Part shown: positions 18,404-27,795 of the stretch, one piece after another | Position numbering within the stretch: position 1 is the stretch's first letter | Layout: every line of letters starts with the position of its first letter | DNA from: Gaiellaceae bacterium | GTDB taxonomy: Bacteria; Actinomycetota; Thermoleophilia; Gaiellales; Gaiellaceae | Length of the DNA stretch: 64,000 nucleotides | Reading direction: 5' to 3' | Assembly: GCA_035650975.1 (NCBI GenBank) | Contig: DASRGQ010000058.1 | Coordinates: forward strand, 3,019-67,018 | The notes under the pieces: generated by a model | What the model was told of the DNA's origin: nothing | The model's input: the letters and a program-made list of their open reading frames with translations, nothing else | Databases searched by the model: none | Program-made: the position numbers and the translations under genes

Positions 18404-19012
18404 CTAGCGAAAACGGCCGAAACGGAAACCGGTCTGCCAGTGGTGGGCGAGCGGAAACGCGAACAGCGCGAGGAGCACGCCGACAAGGAGGGCTGATGCG
18501 AGGATGATTTGGCGCAGTCGCCGTCCGCCGAGGCGGTCGCGTCGCCACCAGTCCGAGGCGGCCAGCGGGAGCTTCGACAGGTGCGCGAGCACGTGCAGGC
18601 CGAAGGCGACTCCCCAGACGACGAAGCTCACCTTGTGCAGGCCAAGCCAGAGACCGCCGTGGCCGGCGAACGCCGCAGCGATCCCGGTCGCGAGCATTAG
18701 GACCGTCGAGACGACGAGGACTGGCGCGACGAGTACGCGGAGCACGACGTGTGGTGGTCCGCGCCGCACGTACGCCTCTGCTCGCCGGTAGTACGAGACC
18801 ATCCGCCAGCCGGTGCTGCCGAGCTTCAACGCGACCGGCGGGATGACAAGGAGGCCGATGAAGATGTGCGGGGTCAGATACCGGCCGACGCCGCCGAGCA
18901 AGGTCAAGCCTTCGGCGGCGAGCAAGACGATCAGGACGACGGCGGTCGCGGCCGTGAGCCGCTCGTTCCCATCGCTCCCGCCGACGAACAGCCGGTGCAG
19001 CCGGGCTCTCAC
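18404..19012 (-). CDS. multi-TM membrane protein, paralog of 17047-17706
   Basis: GNERLTAATAVVLIVLLAAEGLTLL...HIFIGLLVIPPVALKLGSTGWR...GPPHVVLRVLVAPVLV...GLHVLAHL. The start is uncertain (GTG at 19012; in-frame alternatives up to 19282). Confidence 0.6.
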   Translation of the reverse strand: MRARLHRLFVGGSDGNERLTAATAVVLIVLLAAEGLTLLGGVGRYLTPHIFIGLLVIPPVALKLGSTGWRMVSYYRRAEAYVRRGPPHVVLRVLVAPVLVVSTVLMLATGIAAAFAGHGGLWLGLHKVSFVVWGVAFGLHVLAHLSKLPLAASDWWRRDRLGGRRLRQIILASALLVGVLLALFAFPLAHHWQTGFRFGRFR

Positions 19013-19280
19013 GGCGCCATGGTGCCCGTCGAAACCTGAGGAACGGCTGAGACTGCCAACCCCTGCAGGGTCGGCGCACAACCGCCTACGACCAGCTGCG
19101 GTACCCCTTGTTAGCTTGATCCGGTCGTGGGTCTTGGAAACCGTTGACGGCCTCTGCGGTTCGCCAGGCTTGCATTCAGCCGCTCCGCGTTGCTTCCGCC
19201 GGCGCGGTTCTGGACGACTCGCGGGACTGAACGGCGCGGGGGACCGTTTCGCGGACGGCCGCACCCGGTACCTCGGGTGC

Positions 19281-20216
19281 ATGGAAATCGGCTACTGGCT
19301 CTCATCCGAAGAGCACGGACCAGGTGCGCTCGTCGAGCACGCCGTGCTTGCGGAGCAGGCGGGCTTCGAGCACCTGCTCATCTCCGACCACATCCATCCC
19401 TGGGTCGACGCGCAGGGACACAGCCCGTTTGTCTGGGGCGTGATCGGCGCGATCGCCCAGGCGACGGAGCGGATCCGGCTCGGCACCGCGGTCACCTGCC
19501 CGCTCGTGCGCATGCACCCTGCGATCGTCGCGCACGCCTCAGCAACAGCGCAGTCGCTGATGGACGGCCGCTTCTTCCTCGCGCTCGGCACCGGCGAGCT
19601 CCTGAACGAGCACGTGCTCGGCGACCGCTGGCCGCGCCCGGACGAGCGGCTCGAGATGCTCGACGAGGCCGCCGAGCTGATCCGCAAGCTCTTCGGCGGC
19701 GAGTACGAGACCTACCGCGGCAAGCACTACACCGTCGAGCAGCTCAAGCTGTACGACGCACCCAAGGAGCCGCTGGCGATCGTTATCGCCGCGAAGGCCG
19801 AGAACGCCGCGAAGCTCGCGGCGAAGCGGGCCGACGGGACGATGAACACGACGCCCGACGCCGACATCGTCAAGTGCTACCGCGACGCCGGCGGCACCGG
19901 GCCGATCTACGGCAAGGTCACCGGCTGCTTTGCGAGCGATCCCGCAAAGGCGCTCGAGATCGCGCTCGAGCGGCAGCCGAACGTCGCAATCGGCGGCGAC
20001 GCCTCAACGGAGCTCGCGCTTCCGCGCGACTTCGAGGCGCTCGCAGAGCTCGTGCGGCCGGACGACCTCCGCGACGAGCTCGCACTCGGCGACGACCCGG
20101 CCGCGTGGCGCGAGAAGATCGACGCGTTCGACAAGGCCGGTTTCACGCACGTCGCCCTCCACAACGTCGCCGAAGAGCAGACCGGCTTCATCGAGTTCGC
20201 GCGCGACCTCATTTAG
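19281..20216 (+). CDS. LLM-class F420-dependent oxidoreductase
   Basis: MEIGYWLSSEEHGPGALVEHAVLAEQAGFEHLLISDHIHPW...RFFLALGTGE, a luciferase-like monooxygenase / F420-dependent G6PDH-family pattern. Confidence 0.85.
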   Translation: MEIGYWLSSEEHGPGALVEHAVLAEQAGFEHLLISDHIHPWVDAQGHSPFVWGVIGAIAQATERIRLGTAVTCPLVRMHPAIVAHASATAQSLMDGRFFLALGTGELLNEHVLGDRWPRPDERLEMLDEAAELIRKLFGGEYETYRGKHYTVEQLKLYDAPKEPLAIVIAAKAENAAKLAAKRADGTMNTTPDADIVKCYRDAGGTGPIYGKVTGCFASDPAKALEIALERQPNVAIGGDASTELALPRDFEALAELVRPDDLRDELALGDDPAAWREKIDAFDKAGFTHVALHNVAEEQTGFIEFARDLI

Positions 20217-20676
20217 CGAGCTGCGCGATCACGTTGCCGAGCGCGTCCGCCGCACGCTTCTCGTCGGCAACCGAATCCCGTAGCGGCTCAGCGTGCTCGG
20301 AGTCGAGCAGCGCGAGCAGTGTGCTGTACGCGGCGAGCTCCCAATGCTCGACCTGCAGCGCGGCCTGCGCGCGCACGATGTCCGCCAGCCGGTCGTCGAC
20401 GCAGGAGCCCGCGAGCTCGTTCCCATGCTCGACTGCTTTCTCGACCTGCGGGACGAGGTTCGACGTCGACGCGACCTCCAGCTTCCTGAACACCGTCTCG
20501 ACCCGGTTTGCATGCTCCTTCGTCTCCTTGCAGTGCTGCTCGATCGCCGCGCGCAAGCCGTCGTCGGAGACCTCGCGCGCAAGCGTCGGCAGAAAGTCGT
20601 CCGCCGAGCGCCGCTCCACGTACAAGAGCTCGCCGAGCAGCTGGATCACGAGGCCGCGATGATTCGAGATCGGCAC
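20209..20676 (-). CDS. DUF892 (YciE/YciF-like) ferritin-like stress protein
   Basis: LVIQLLGELLYVERRSADDFLPTLAREV...AIEQHCKETKEHANRVETVF...LQVEHWELAAYSTL. The GTG start immediately follows the GMC stop. Confidence 0.8.
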   Translation of the reverse strand: MPISNHRGLVIQLLGELLYVERRSADDFLPTLAREVSDDGLRAAIEQHCKETKEHANRVETVFRKLEVASTSNLVPQVEKAVEHGNELAGSCVDDRLADIVRAQAALQVEHWELAAYSTLLALLDSEHAEPLRDSVADEKRAADALGNVIAQLAK

Positions 20677-22281
20677 CTAAAGCAACCTCGCGCAGCGGTC
20701 GGCGAGCGCCATGATCGCGAGCGCCGGATTGGCGGAGCCCTGCGTCGGCAGCACAGAGCCGTCGACGACGAACAGGTTGTCGACACCCCAGACACGGTGC
20801 GACGAGTCGACCACCGAGTCGTCGGGCGAGAAGCCCATGCGTGCGCCGCCGACGAGATGCGCGTAGCGGTCGATCGTCAGCGTGTCCATCGCGTCCGCGC
20901 CGTCCCAGATCTCGTCGAGGATCCGCTTCGCGTACGCGACGATCGCCTTGTCGTTCTCGCACTGGCTGTAGTTGAAGTGCGCGATCGGCATCCCGTACTC
21001 GTCCTTCTCGTCGGCGAGCGTGACACGGTTCTCCGCCTGCGGCAGGAACTCGGCGAGGATGCCGAGCACGGTCCAGTGGTTGTAGTCGCGCATGTACTCT
21101 CGCAGCGCTTGACCCCAATGGCCCTCGGCGAGCACATGCTGCGCCCAGCCGATCGGGAGCGGCGAGATCGTCTGGATCGAGAAGCCACGCGCGAACCCGC
21201 GACGCTCGTCGGTCTCGTAGAACTGCTCCGACGAGATCTCCGGCGGCGGCGCCTTGTACATGCGCATCAGCTCCGGGAACCGCGCGGCGGTCTGCGTCGC
21301 GCCTTGCACCATCACGAAGCGACCGACAAGGTCGGTGTTGTTCCCGATCCCGTTGGGGTGGCGCGGACACGCGGAGTTGAGGAGGAGACGCGGCGTCTCG
21401 ATCGCATACCCGCAAACCGCTACCGCTTCCGCGCGCTGGAAGTGCTCCTTGCCGTCCTTCACGTACGTCACGCCGCTCACGCGACCGGTCGCGTCGTCGA
21501 GCTCGACGCGCACCACCATCGAGTCCGCGCGGATCTCGCAGCCGTACTCGACCGCGTCCGGCAGGTGCGTGACGAGCGGCGATGCCTTCGCGTTCACCTT
21601 GCAGCCCTGCAGGCAGAAGCCGCGGTAGATGCAATGCGGCCGGTTGCCGAAGACGCCGTTCGTGATCCCGACGGGCCCGACGCGCATCTCGATGCCGTAG
21701 TCGCGCGCGCCCTGCCACGCTTTCGCGGCCGCACCGGCGATCGGATGCGGGTTGTGCGGGTAACCGTGCGGGTCGCCCCACGGCCAGTACTCGCCGGCGA
21801 CGGGCATCTCGAGCTCGATGCGCTCGAACGACTCCTTGAGGTCCCAGTAGCTGATCGGCCAGTCGAAGCCGACGCCGTCGCGTGACTTGGTCTCGAAGTC
21901 GGACGGGTGCAGGCGCGGCAGATAGCCGGCGAAATGGGTCATCGAGCCGCCGACGCCCTGCCCGGAGTTGTTCTCGCCCATCTCGATCGGATCGTTGCCG
22001 GAGATGATGCGGTTGTCCGTCCAGTAGAGGCCCGCTTGGCCGGCGCCTTTCTCGTCGCTCACCCAGTCGCGGTCGGGGTCCCAGAACGGACCCTTCTCGA
22101 GCACCACCACCTTCCACCCCTTGCGCGTGAGCCGCTGCGCGAGCACGCCTCCCCCCGCTCCCGCGCCGACGACCACGAGATCGACGACGTCCTCGTCGCG
22201 GAAGCGCCGCATCTTGTCGAGGTTCTGCAGCCCGCGTTTGTGCATGTCGAGCAGGAAGGCGGAGTCGTTGTCCTTCGGCAT
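20677..22281 (-). CDS. GMC-family FAD oxidoreductase (gluconate 2-dehydrogenase flavoprotein-like)
   Basis: DLVVVGAGAGGGVLAQRLTRKGWKVVVLEKG Rossmann motif. C-terminal HLVGGARMG...VVDGSVLPTQGSANPALAIMALA. Start trimmed to MPKDNDS. Confidence 0.85.
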   Translation of the reverse strand: MPKDNDSAFLLDMHKRGLQNLDKMRRFRDEDVVDLVVVGAGAGGGVLAQRLTRKGWKVVVLEKGPFWDPDRDWVSDEKGAGQAGLYWTDNRIISGNDPIEMGENNSGQGVGGSMTHFAGYLPRLHPSDFETKSRDGVGFDWPISYWDLKESFERIELEMPVAGEYWPWGDPHGYPHNPHPIAGAAAKAWQGARDYGIEMRVGPVGITNGVFGNRPHCIYRGFCLQGCKVNAKASPLVTHLPDAVEYGCEIRADSMVVRVELDDATGRVSGVTYVKDGKEHFQRAEAVAVCGYAIETPRLLLNSACPRHPNGIGNNTDLVGRFVMVQGATQTAARFPELMRMYKAPPPEISSEQFYETDERRGFARGFSIQTISPLPIGWAQHVLAEGHWGQALREYMRDYNHWTVLGILAEFLPQAENRVTLADEKDEYGMPIAHFNYSQCENDKAIVAYAKRILDEIWDGADAMDTLTIDRYAHLVGGARMGFSPDDSVVDSSHRVWGVDNLFVVDGSVLPTQGSANPALAIMALADRCARLL

Positions 22282-22304
22282 TGCGAGGCTGCCCTTGAGA
22301 AGCG

Positions 22305-23009
22305 TCAGTCGAGCCCCCGCTTCTGCGCGTCCCGCACCGGGTCGTAGTGAGCGGACTCGCTCGCCTCCCAGGACTCCCTTTCGCCGAGGTAGGGGGAGCC
22401 GAAGGCGCCGTAGCCGCGCGGATAGGCGGGCCCGCCGAAGCCGATCTCGTTCCACGCCCACGGGTGCGAGTAGAACGCCTGCACGACGTAGCGCATGACG
22501 AGACTCCACGCTCGCCCGACGTTCAGCGTCTCCCACGTACCGCCGCGCACCTTCGCCTGCGACACGTCGTGGACGATGTACACCTGCACGTCGAGCGGCG
22601 CCGCCGCGTACGACTCGTACGAACGGCGCTGCGCCTCCTCGTCAAGGCCGCGCGCGAAACGCCGCCACGTCTCGCCGTCCGTCGGCAGGTCGAAGTACTG
22701 GTAGCCGTCGCCGGTGCCTTTCGCAAGCTTCTGGTCGACGTACGAGAGAACGGGAATACGCGGCTCCTCGTCCTGCGCGGTCACGACGTCGCAGAACGCC
22801 TTCAGCGTGTCGACCTCCGACGGCGTGAAGAACTCGATCTCCGGAACGTTCTCGACGCGGTCGAGGATGACGCGACGCGTCACGTCGTCCCAATGTCTCG
22901 TCTGCGTCAGCACGTCGTACGTCGGGTAGCGCCCGACCATCTGCGGCGTTGTGCCGCGCTCCTGCCGGAGCCCGTGCGGATTCGGATGCGCCTGGTCTTC
23001 GAGCGGCAT
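22305..23009 (-). CDS. gluconate 2-dehydrogenase subunit 3-family protein
   Basis: FFTPSEVDTLKAFCDVVTAQDEEPRIP...AFYSHPWAWNEIGFGGPAYPRGY pattern. No Tat signal is visible at the trimmed start MPLEDQ. Confidence 0.75.
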   Translation of the reverse strand: MPLEDQAHPNPHGLRQERGTTPQMVGRYPTYDVLTQTRHWDDVTRRVILDRVENVPEIEFFTPSEVDTLKAFCDVVTAQDEEPRIPVLSYVDQKLAKGTGDGYQYFDLPTDGETWRRFARGLDEEAQRRSYESYAAAPLDVQVYIVHDVSQAKVRGGTWETLNVGRAWSLVMRYVVQAFYSHPWAWNEIGFGGPAYPRGYGAFGSPYLGERESWEASESAHYDPVRDAQKRGLD

Positions 23010-23014
23010 CCGCG

Positions 23015-23440
23015 TTATTTCTCGCGCTTGACTATCGCCGCGGCGAGGCCGAGCGCGCCGACGAGGCAGAGCGAGCCCGGCGCGAGCAGGGGCGGGCCCA
23101 TCACGAGGTTGTAGTGCGCCTCCTTGAAGCCGCCCGGCCGCTTCCGCACACCCTGGATGTGCGTGACGATCCCGATCAGCCCGTCGAGGAAGTACAGCCC
23201 GCTGACGAGCGGCAGCGCCGTCTTCGCCGCCTTCTCGGAGACGAACCCGGCGACTCCTGCCGCGGTGAGGGGCGGCGTCAGCACAAGCGGCGTCCACATC
23301 CACTTGTCGCCGAACGAGCCCTTGTAGTGCTCGAAGTAGATCTCCGCGCCGAGTGCGGGCGCCGACAGAGCGGTCGTCGCCGCGAGCAGCTTCTGCACGC
23401 GGCCGCTCCGGATGTCCTTCACCAGCTTCAGGCCGCCCAT
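23015..23440 (-). CDS. small 4-TM membrane protein
   Basis: 141 aa (MGGLKLVKDI...) with four hydrophobic segments. Overlaps the enolase-family 3' end by 13 nt. Confidence 0.6.
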   Translation of the reverse strand: MGGLKLVKDIRSGRVQKLLAATTALSAPALGAEIYFEHYKGSFGDKWMWTPLVLTPPLTAAGVAGFVSEKAAKTALPLVSGLYFLDGLIGIVTHIQGVRKRPGGFKEAHYNLVMGPPLLAPGSLCLVGALGLAAAIVKREK

Positions 23441-24498
23441 CGTTGCGCCTCCACCCGCTTCAGCTCGAGCCCGTTGCCCGCACGCGACGGGTCCGGCACG
23501 AGCTCGCCGTCGACCGGCTCGAGCACGCCGTCGAACAGCATCGACTCGATGCGCACGTGGTCGTGGAAGTACTCGAGATGGCGCAGCCGGTCGACGCCGC
23601 AGAGCGCATGCGCCGAGAGCTGCGGCGCGCAATGGCCCGAGACGTCGATGTTGTGCGCGTCGGCCAGCCCGTTCACGCGCAGGAGACTGGTGATGCCGCC
23701 GCAGCGTGTGACGTCCGCCTGCAGGCAGTCGACGTTCCCGACCAGGTTGCGGAAGTCCGCGAACGTGTAGGCGTACTCGCCCGCCGCCACCTCGACCGTC
23801 GTCTGCTCGCGGACGAGCCGCAGCCCGGCGAAGTCGGCCGACGACACCGGCTCCTCGAACCAGCGCACGTCCCATTCCGTTGCGTAGCGCCGGCCCCAGC
23901 GCACCGCATCCTTTGCGGTGAAGGCGCCGTTCGCGTCGACATAGAGCTCCGCGTCGCCGATTGCCGCACGCGCGACGTCGAGGCGATGCGGGTCGCGCTG
24001 CGGCTCGCGGCCGAGCTTCATCTTGACGCGCGGGATCCCTTGCGCGGTCCAGCCGCCGAGCTGCTCACGCAGCCGCTCGTCGGAATACGAGCAGAAGCCG
24101 CCGCTGCCGTAGACGGGCACGCGCTCGTGCACCGCCGGCAGGAGCCGATGGAGCGGGACGTCGTACAGTCGCGCGCGCAGATCCCACAGCGCGAGATCGA
24201 CGGCCGACAACGCGCAGAAGCCGATGCCGGGCCGCCCGGCGTTCCGGAGGTGCGCGCCCATCTCCGCCCACAGAGCCGCGACGTCGTCGGGATCGCGGCC
24301 CTGGACGATCGGCGCCAGCAGGCCGCTGACGACCGAGCCCGCCGCCTCCGGTGCGTACGTGAAGCCGAGGCCGCGCTTCCCGCCGCACACGACCTCGACG
24401 ATCACGATCGTCGTCGAGTCCCACTCGAGCGTGCCATCGGATTCCTGCTCGTCCGTCGGGACCGTGAAGCAGGAGACTTCGAGCTTCTCGATCCCCAC
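23428..24498 (-). CDS. enolase-superfamily enzyme (mandelate racemase/acid-sugar dehydratase-like)
   Basis: RVKMKLG (KxK), YVDANGAF, WFEEP, and AAGE metal/acid-base motifs typical of the MR subgroup. Confidence 0.85.
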   Translation of the reverse strand: MGIEKLEVSCFTVPTDEQESDGTLEWDSTTIVIVEVVCGGKRGLGFTYAPEAAGSVVSGLLAPIVQGRDPDDVAALWAEMGAHLRNAGRPGIGFCALSAVDLALWDLRARLYDVPLHRLLPAVHERVPVYGSGGFCSYSDERLREQLGGWTAQGIPRVKMKLGREPQRDPHRLDVARAAIGDAELYVDANGAFTAKDAVRWGRRYATEWDVRWFEEPVSSADFAGLRLVREQTTVEVAAGEYAYTFADFRNLVGNVDCLQADVTRCGGITSLLRVNGLADAHNIDVSGHCAPQLSAHALCGVDRLRHLEYFHDHVRIESMLFDGVLEPVDGELVPDPSRAGNGLELKRVEAQRWAA

Positions 24499-26286
24499 TC
24501 AGCGTCCCGGCAGGAACTCGAGGATCTTCTGCTTGAACGACTCGGTGATCATCTCGCGGGAGTTCGGATCGCCGCCCCTGACCGCTTTCATGAAGTGCTT
24601 CGCCTGCTCCACCGTGATGTGCGGCGGGAGCGGCGGGACCTCTGGGTCGCAGACGGCGTCGATCACGAACGGCCGGTCGCTCGCGAACGCCTCCTCCCAC
24701 GCGGCATCGATGCCGTCGGGCGACTCGATGCGCACGCCCTCGAGGCCGATCAGCCGCGCGAAGTCGGCGTAGCGAACGTCCGGGATCCGTTGGGTCATCG
24801 GGTTCTTTGGATCGCCCTCCATCGCGCGCTGCTCCCAGGTCACCTGGTTCAGGTCCTGGTTGTTCAGCACGAGGACGACGAGCCGCGGATCGGCCCAACG
24901 CTCGTAGTACTTGGCTGCGGTGATCAGCTCGGCCATCCCGTTCATCTGCATCGCGCCGTCGCCGACGAGCGCGATTGCCGGCCGGTTCGGATGCGCGAAC
25001 TTCGCCGCGATCGCGTACGGCACGCCGGGGCCCATCGTTGCGAGCGTCCCCGAGAGCGAGGCGAGATGCGACGGCTTCAACTTCAGGTCGCGCGCGAACC
25101 AGTTCGCCGACGAGCCCGAGTCGGAGCTGATGATCGCGTCGTCGGGCAGGTACTTGTTGAGCTCCCAGAAGAGCCGCTGCGGGTTGATCGGGTCCGCGTC
25201 CTGCAGCGCGCGGTCCTCGATCAGCCTCCACCACTCGGCCACCTCGTCCTCGATCTGCTTGCGCCACTTGCTCTCGGGCTTGTGCTGAACGAGCGGGATC
25301 AGCTCTTCGAGCGTCGCCTTCGCGTCGCCGACGAGACCGAGCTCCATCGGGTAGCGGATGTTCAGCATCCGGCCGTCGATGTCGATCTGCAGGCCGCGCG
25401 CGCTGCCGGGCTCGGGCAGGAACTCCGAGTACGGGAACGAGGAGCCGATCATCACGAGCGTGTCGCACTCGTTCATCAGCGTCCAGCTCGGCTTCGTGCC
25501 CAGAAGGCCGATCGAGCCCGTGACATACGGCAGCGAGTCGTCCATCACGGTGCGCCCGAGGAGCGCCTTCGCGACACCTGCGCCGACCTTCTCGGCGAAC
25601 TGGACGACCTCGTCGGTTGCATGCTTCGCGCCCTGGCCGACGAGGACAGCAACCTTCTCGCCCGCGTTGATCAGCTCGGCGGCGCGCTGGAGGTCGTTCT
25701 TCTTGGGCACGATGCGCGGCGCGTTCCACCCCGGCGAGGAGTGGATCGTGCCGTGCTCGACGGGCGGGTCGGGAACCGCGTCCATCCCCGCGAGGTCGTT
25801 GGGCACGATCACGCAGGTGACGCTTCGCTGGTCGAGCGCGATTCGATGAGCGCGGTCGACGAGATGGCGGATCTGCGTAGGCTCGAGGGCCATCTCGCAG
25901 TATTCGTGGGCGACGTCCTTGAAGAGCACCTGCAGGTCGACCTCCTGCTGGTAGCTGCCGCCGAGGGACGAGCGCGACTGCTGGCCCACGATTGCGAGCA
26001 CCGACTGGTGGTCGAGCTTTGCGTCGTAGAGGCCGTTCAGGAGGTGGATCGCGCCGGGGCCCGACGTCGCGAGGCACACGCCGACCTCCCCCGTCCACTT
26101 GGCGTGTGCACACGCCATGAACGCCGCCATCTCCTCGTGGCGGACCTGGACGAAGTCGATCTTGTCCTTCTGCCGCTCGAGCGCGCCGAGGATCGCATTG
26201 ATGCCGTCGCCCGGGTAGCCGTAGATGCGGCGCACGCCGTTCTCGTACAGCCGCTCGAGCAGGAAGTCGGCGGTCATCTGTCCCAT
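24499..26286 (-). CDS. thiamine-diphosphate enzyme, pyruvate oxidase / pyruvate dehydrogenase(quinone)-like
   Basis: YGYPGDGINAIL...VRHEEMAAFMACAHAK...ATSGPGAIHLLNGLYDA and the TPP motif GDGAMQMNG...VLNN. Start trimmed to MGQMTADF, sharing 1 nt with the SDR stop. Confidence 0.85.
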   Translation of the reverse strand: MGQMTADFLLERLYENGVRRIYGYPGDGINAILGALERQKDKIDFVQVRHEEMAAFMACAHAKWTGEVGVCLATSGPGAIHLLNGLYDAKLDHQSVLAIVGQQSRSSLGGSYQQEVDLQVLFKDVAHEYCEMALEPTQIRHLVDRAHRIALDQRSVTCVIVPNDLAGMDAVPDPPVEHGTIHSSPGWNAPRIVPKKNDLQRAAELINAGEKVAVLVGQGAKHATDEVVQFAEKVGAGVAKALLGRTVMDDSLPYVTGSIGLLGTKPSWTLMNECDTLVMIGSSFPYSEFLPEPGSARGLQIDIDGRMLNIRYPMELGLVGDAKATLEELIPLVQHKPESKWRKQIEDEVAEWWRLIEDRALQDADPINPQRLFWELNKYLPDDAIISSDSGSSANWFARDLKLKPSHLASLSGTLATMGPGVPYAIAAKFAHPNRPAIALVGDGAMQMNGMAELITAAKYYERWADPRLVVLVLNNQDLNQVTWEQRAMEGDPKNPMTQRIPDVRYADFARLIGLEGVRIESPDGIDAAWEEAFASDRPFVIDAVCDPEVPPLPPHITVEQAKHFMKAVRGGDPNSREMITESFKQKILEFLPGR

Positions 26287-27293
26287 CAGTGTCCTTTCAG
26301 TTGCAGGCTCGAGAACGTGCGCAGCGCGAGAACAGTGGCCGCCGATGCGGCTACCGCTCCGCCGACGAGATCGAGATGCGTCCGTAGCCACAGCTGCGTG
26401 CTGCGCGTGCGCGACTGCGTGTCGAACGGCCCGTGCGCCGCCTGCTCGCCGTCGACCGGTTCGAAGAGATTGTCGGGGCGGTTCTTGTCGAGCGGCTCGT
26501 CCGTCTGCTGCGCGTCGTAGGCGTTGCGCGCGAGGTAGTGATCGGCGAAGCCCGGTGCTATCGCGTTGCCGACGATCGCCTTCACCGTCGGCCAGCCGAC
26601 CATCACCTCGCGCTGCGGGTGGTCGATCGCCCACGCGATCGCATTCGCGGCGACCTCGGGCTCGAAAATCGGCGGCACCGGCTGCGGCGAGCGCGGCAGC
26701 TTCGCGCGGCTCCAGGTGAACTGGGGCGTGTTGAGCGCCGGCATCTGCACCATCGTCACCCGCACGTTCGACCCGTCGTGCAGCAACTCGCACCGCACCG
26801 ATTCGAGGAAGCCCTGCAGTGCGTGCTTCGAGCCGCAGTAGGCGGCCTGCAGAGGGATGCCGCGGTAAGCGAGCGCCGAGCCGACCTGCACGACGACGCC
26901 CCGGTCACGCGGCACCATCCGTCGCAGCGCAGCCATCGTGCCCCACACCGAGCCGAGGTACGTCACCTCGGTCGCGCGGCGGAACTCCTCCGGCGTCGTG
27001 TCGGCGACCGGCGCGAACACGGTCGTCATCGCATTGTTGATCCAGACGTCGATCGGCCCGAGGGTGTCTTCGATCTCCTTGGCGGCCGCCTCAACCGCGT
27101 CGGCGTCGGCCACGTCGACACTTACGAAGTGCGCGCGCGCACCGAGCTCCTCGACCTCGCGCACGGCGGCCGCAAGGCGTTGCTCCCCGCGTGCGATCAA
27201 CCCAACTGCGTCGCCGCGTTCTGCGAGCAGCCGGGCGACGGCGCGACCGACGCCCGCCGACGCACCCGTGATCACGACGACGCGTCCGTCCAC
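26286..27293 (-). CDS. SDR-family oxidoreductase with C-terminal extension
   Basis: VVVITGASAGVGRA (TGxxxGxG), NNAM, YCGSKHAL (YxxxK). The roughly 80-aa tail ends in a hydrophobic segment. Confidence 0.85.
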   Translation of the reverse strand: MDGRVVVITGASAGVGRAVARLLAERGDAVGLIARGEQRLAAAVREVEELGARAHFVSVDVADADAVEAAAKEIEDTLGPIDVWINNAMTTVFAPVADTTPEEFRRATEVTYLGSVWGTMAALRRMVPRDRGVVVQVGSALAYRGIPLQAAYCGSKHALQGFLESVRCELLHDGSNVRVTMVQMPALNTPQFTWSRAKLPRSPQPVPPIFEPEVAANAIAWAIDHPQREVMVGWPTVKAIVGNAIAPGFADHYLARNAYDAQQTDEPLDKNRPDNLFEPVDGEQAAHGPFDTQSRTRSTQLWLRTHLDLVGGAVAASAATVLALRTFSSLQLKGH

Positions 27294-27338
27294 GAACCCC
27301 GGTTACCCGCTCACGCGAAGGAGTAACCGGTCGAGTCT

Positions 27339-27677
27339 CTAGTGCGGGCCGACCGCGCGCTCGAGCTGCGCCTTCGTCATCGACGACCGACCTTCGATGC
27401 CGCGCTTCTTCGCCTCCGCGTAGAGCTGATCCTTGGTGCGGCCCTTCGGCCGGTTCGTGCCGGAGCGAAGGCCGCCGCGGCGGCCGGACGAGATGTCGTC
27501 GGTCGAGGTGCGCGACCGCTCGCGCGACTCGCCGGCGCGCGCACGCTCCTTGTTGACGGTGCGCGCGGCGATCTCCTCGGCGGTGCTCTCGGAGCGTCCC
27601 TGGTCGAGCTCGCTCTGCTTGACGTGCTCGTACTGGCGTGCGCGTTTCGTTCCCTTCTTCACTCCGCGTGGCGGCAT
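27339..27677 (-). CDS. small basic protein with Rho_N/SAP-like C-terminal motif
   Basis: Strong SD (GGGAGGAG) before MPPRGVKKGTKRARQYEHV. C-terminus KDQLYAEAKKRGIEGRSSMTKAQLERAV. Confidence 0.6.
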   Translation of the reverse strand: MPPRGVKKGTKRARQYEHVKQSELDQGRSESTAEEIAARTVNKERARAGESRERSRTSTDDISSGRRGGLRSGTNRPKGRTKDQLYAEAKKRGIEGRSSMTKAQLERAVGPH

Positions 27678-27730
27678 GGGCTCCTCCCATCGTCTCGTTT
27701 CCTGGGACGAGCTGCGCGTTCCCTGCCGCC

Positions 27731-27771
27731 TCACACGCAAACGCGAGAGCCCGCCGGAGCGGGCCCTCGCG
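27731..27771 (-). terminator. hairpin plus short U-tract downstream of the SatP-like gene
   Basis: CGCGAGAGCCCGC-CGGA-GCGGGCCCTCGCG (one mismatch), followed on the minus strand by TTTG. Confidence 0.4.
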
Positions 27772-27795
27772 CGTCGTCGGTTCGGTTGTCCGGAG

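Noticed and set aside
20288-22117. 609-aa minus and 530-aa plus ORFs overlapping the GMC oxidoreductase gene
   Set aside because: Same reasoning. Only the 20677-22281 frame carries the FAD Rossmann motif and the GMC C-terminal signature.
23353-26520. 1055-aa plus-strand ORF (and 24065-26113 minus, 682 aa) covering the enolase/TPP genes
   Set aside because: It is antisense or out of frame relative to genes with clear family motifs. The translation is Arg/Ala/Asp/Pro-rich low complexity with no motifs, which is the typical long spurious ORF of a 70% GC genome.
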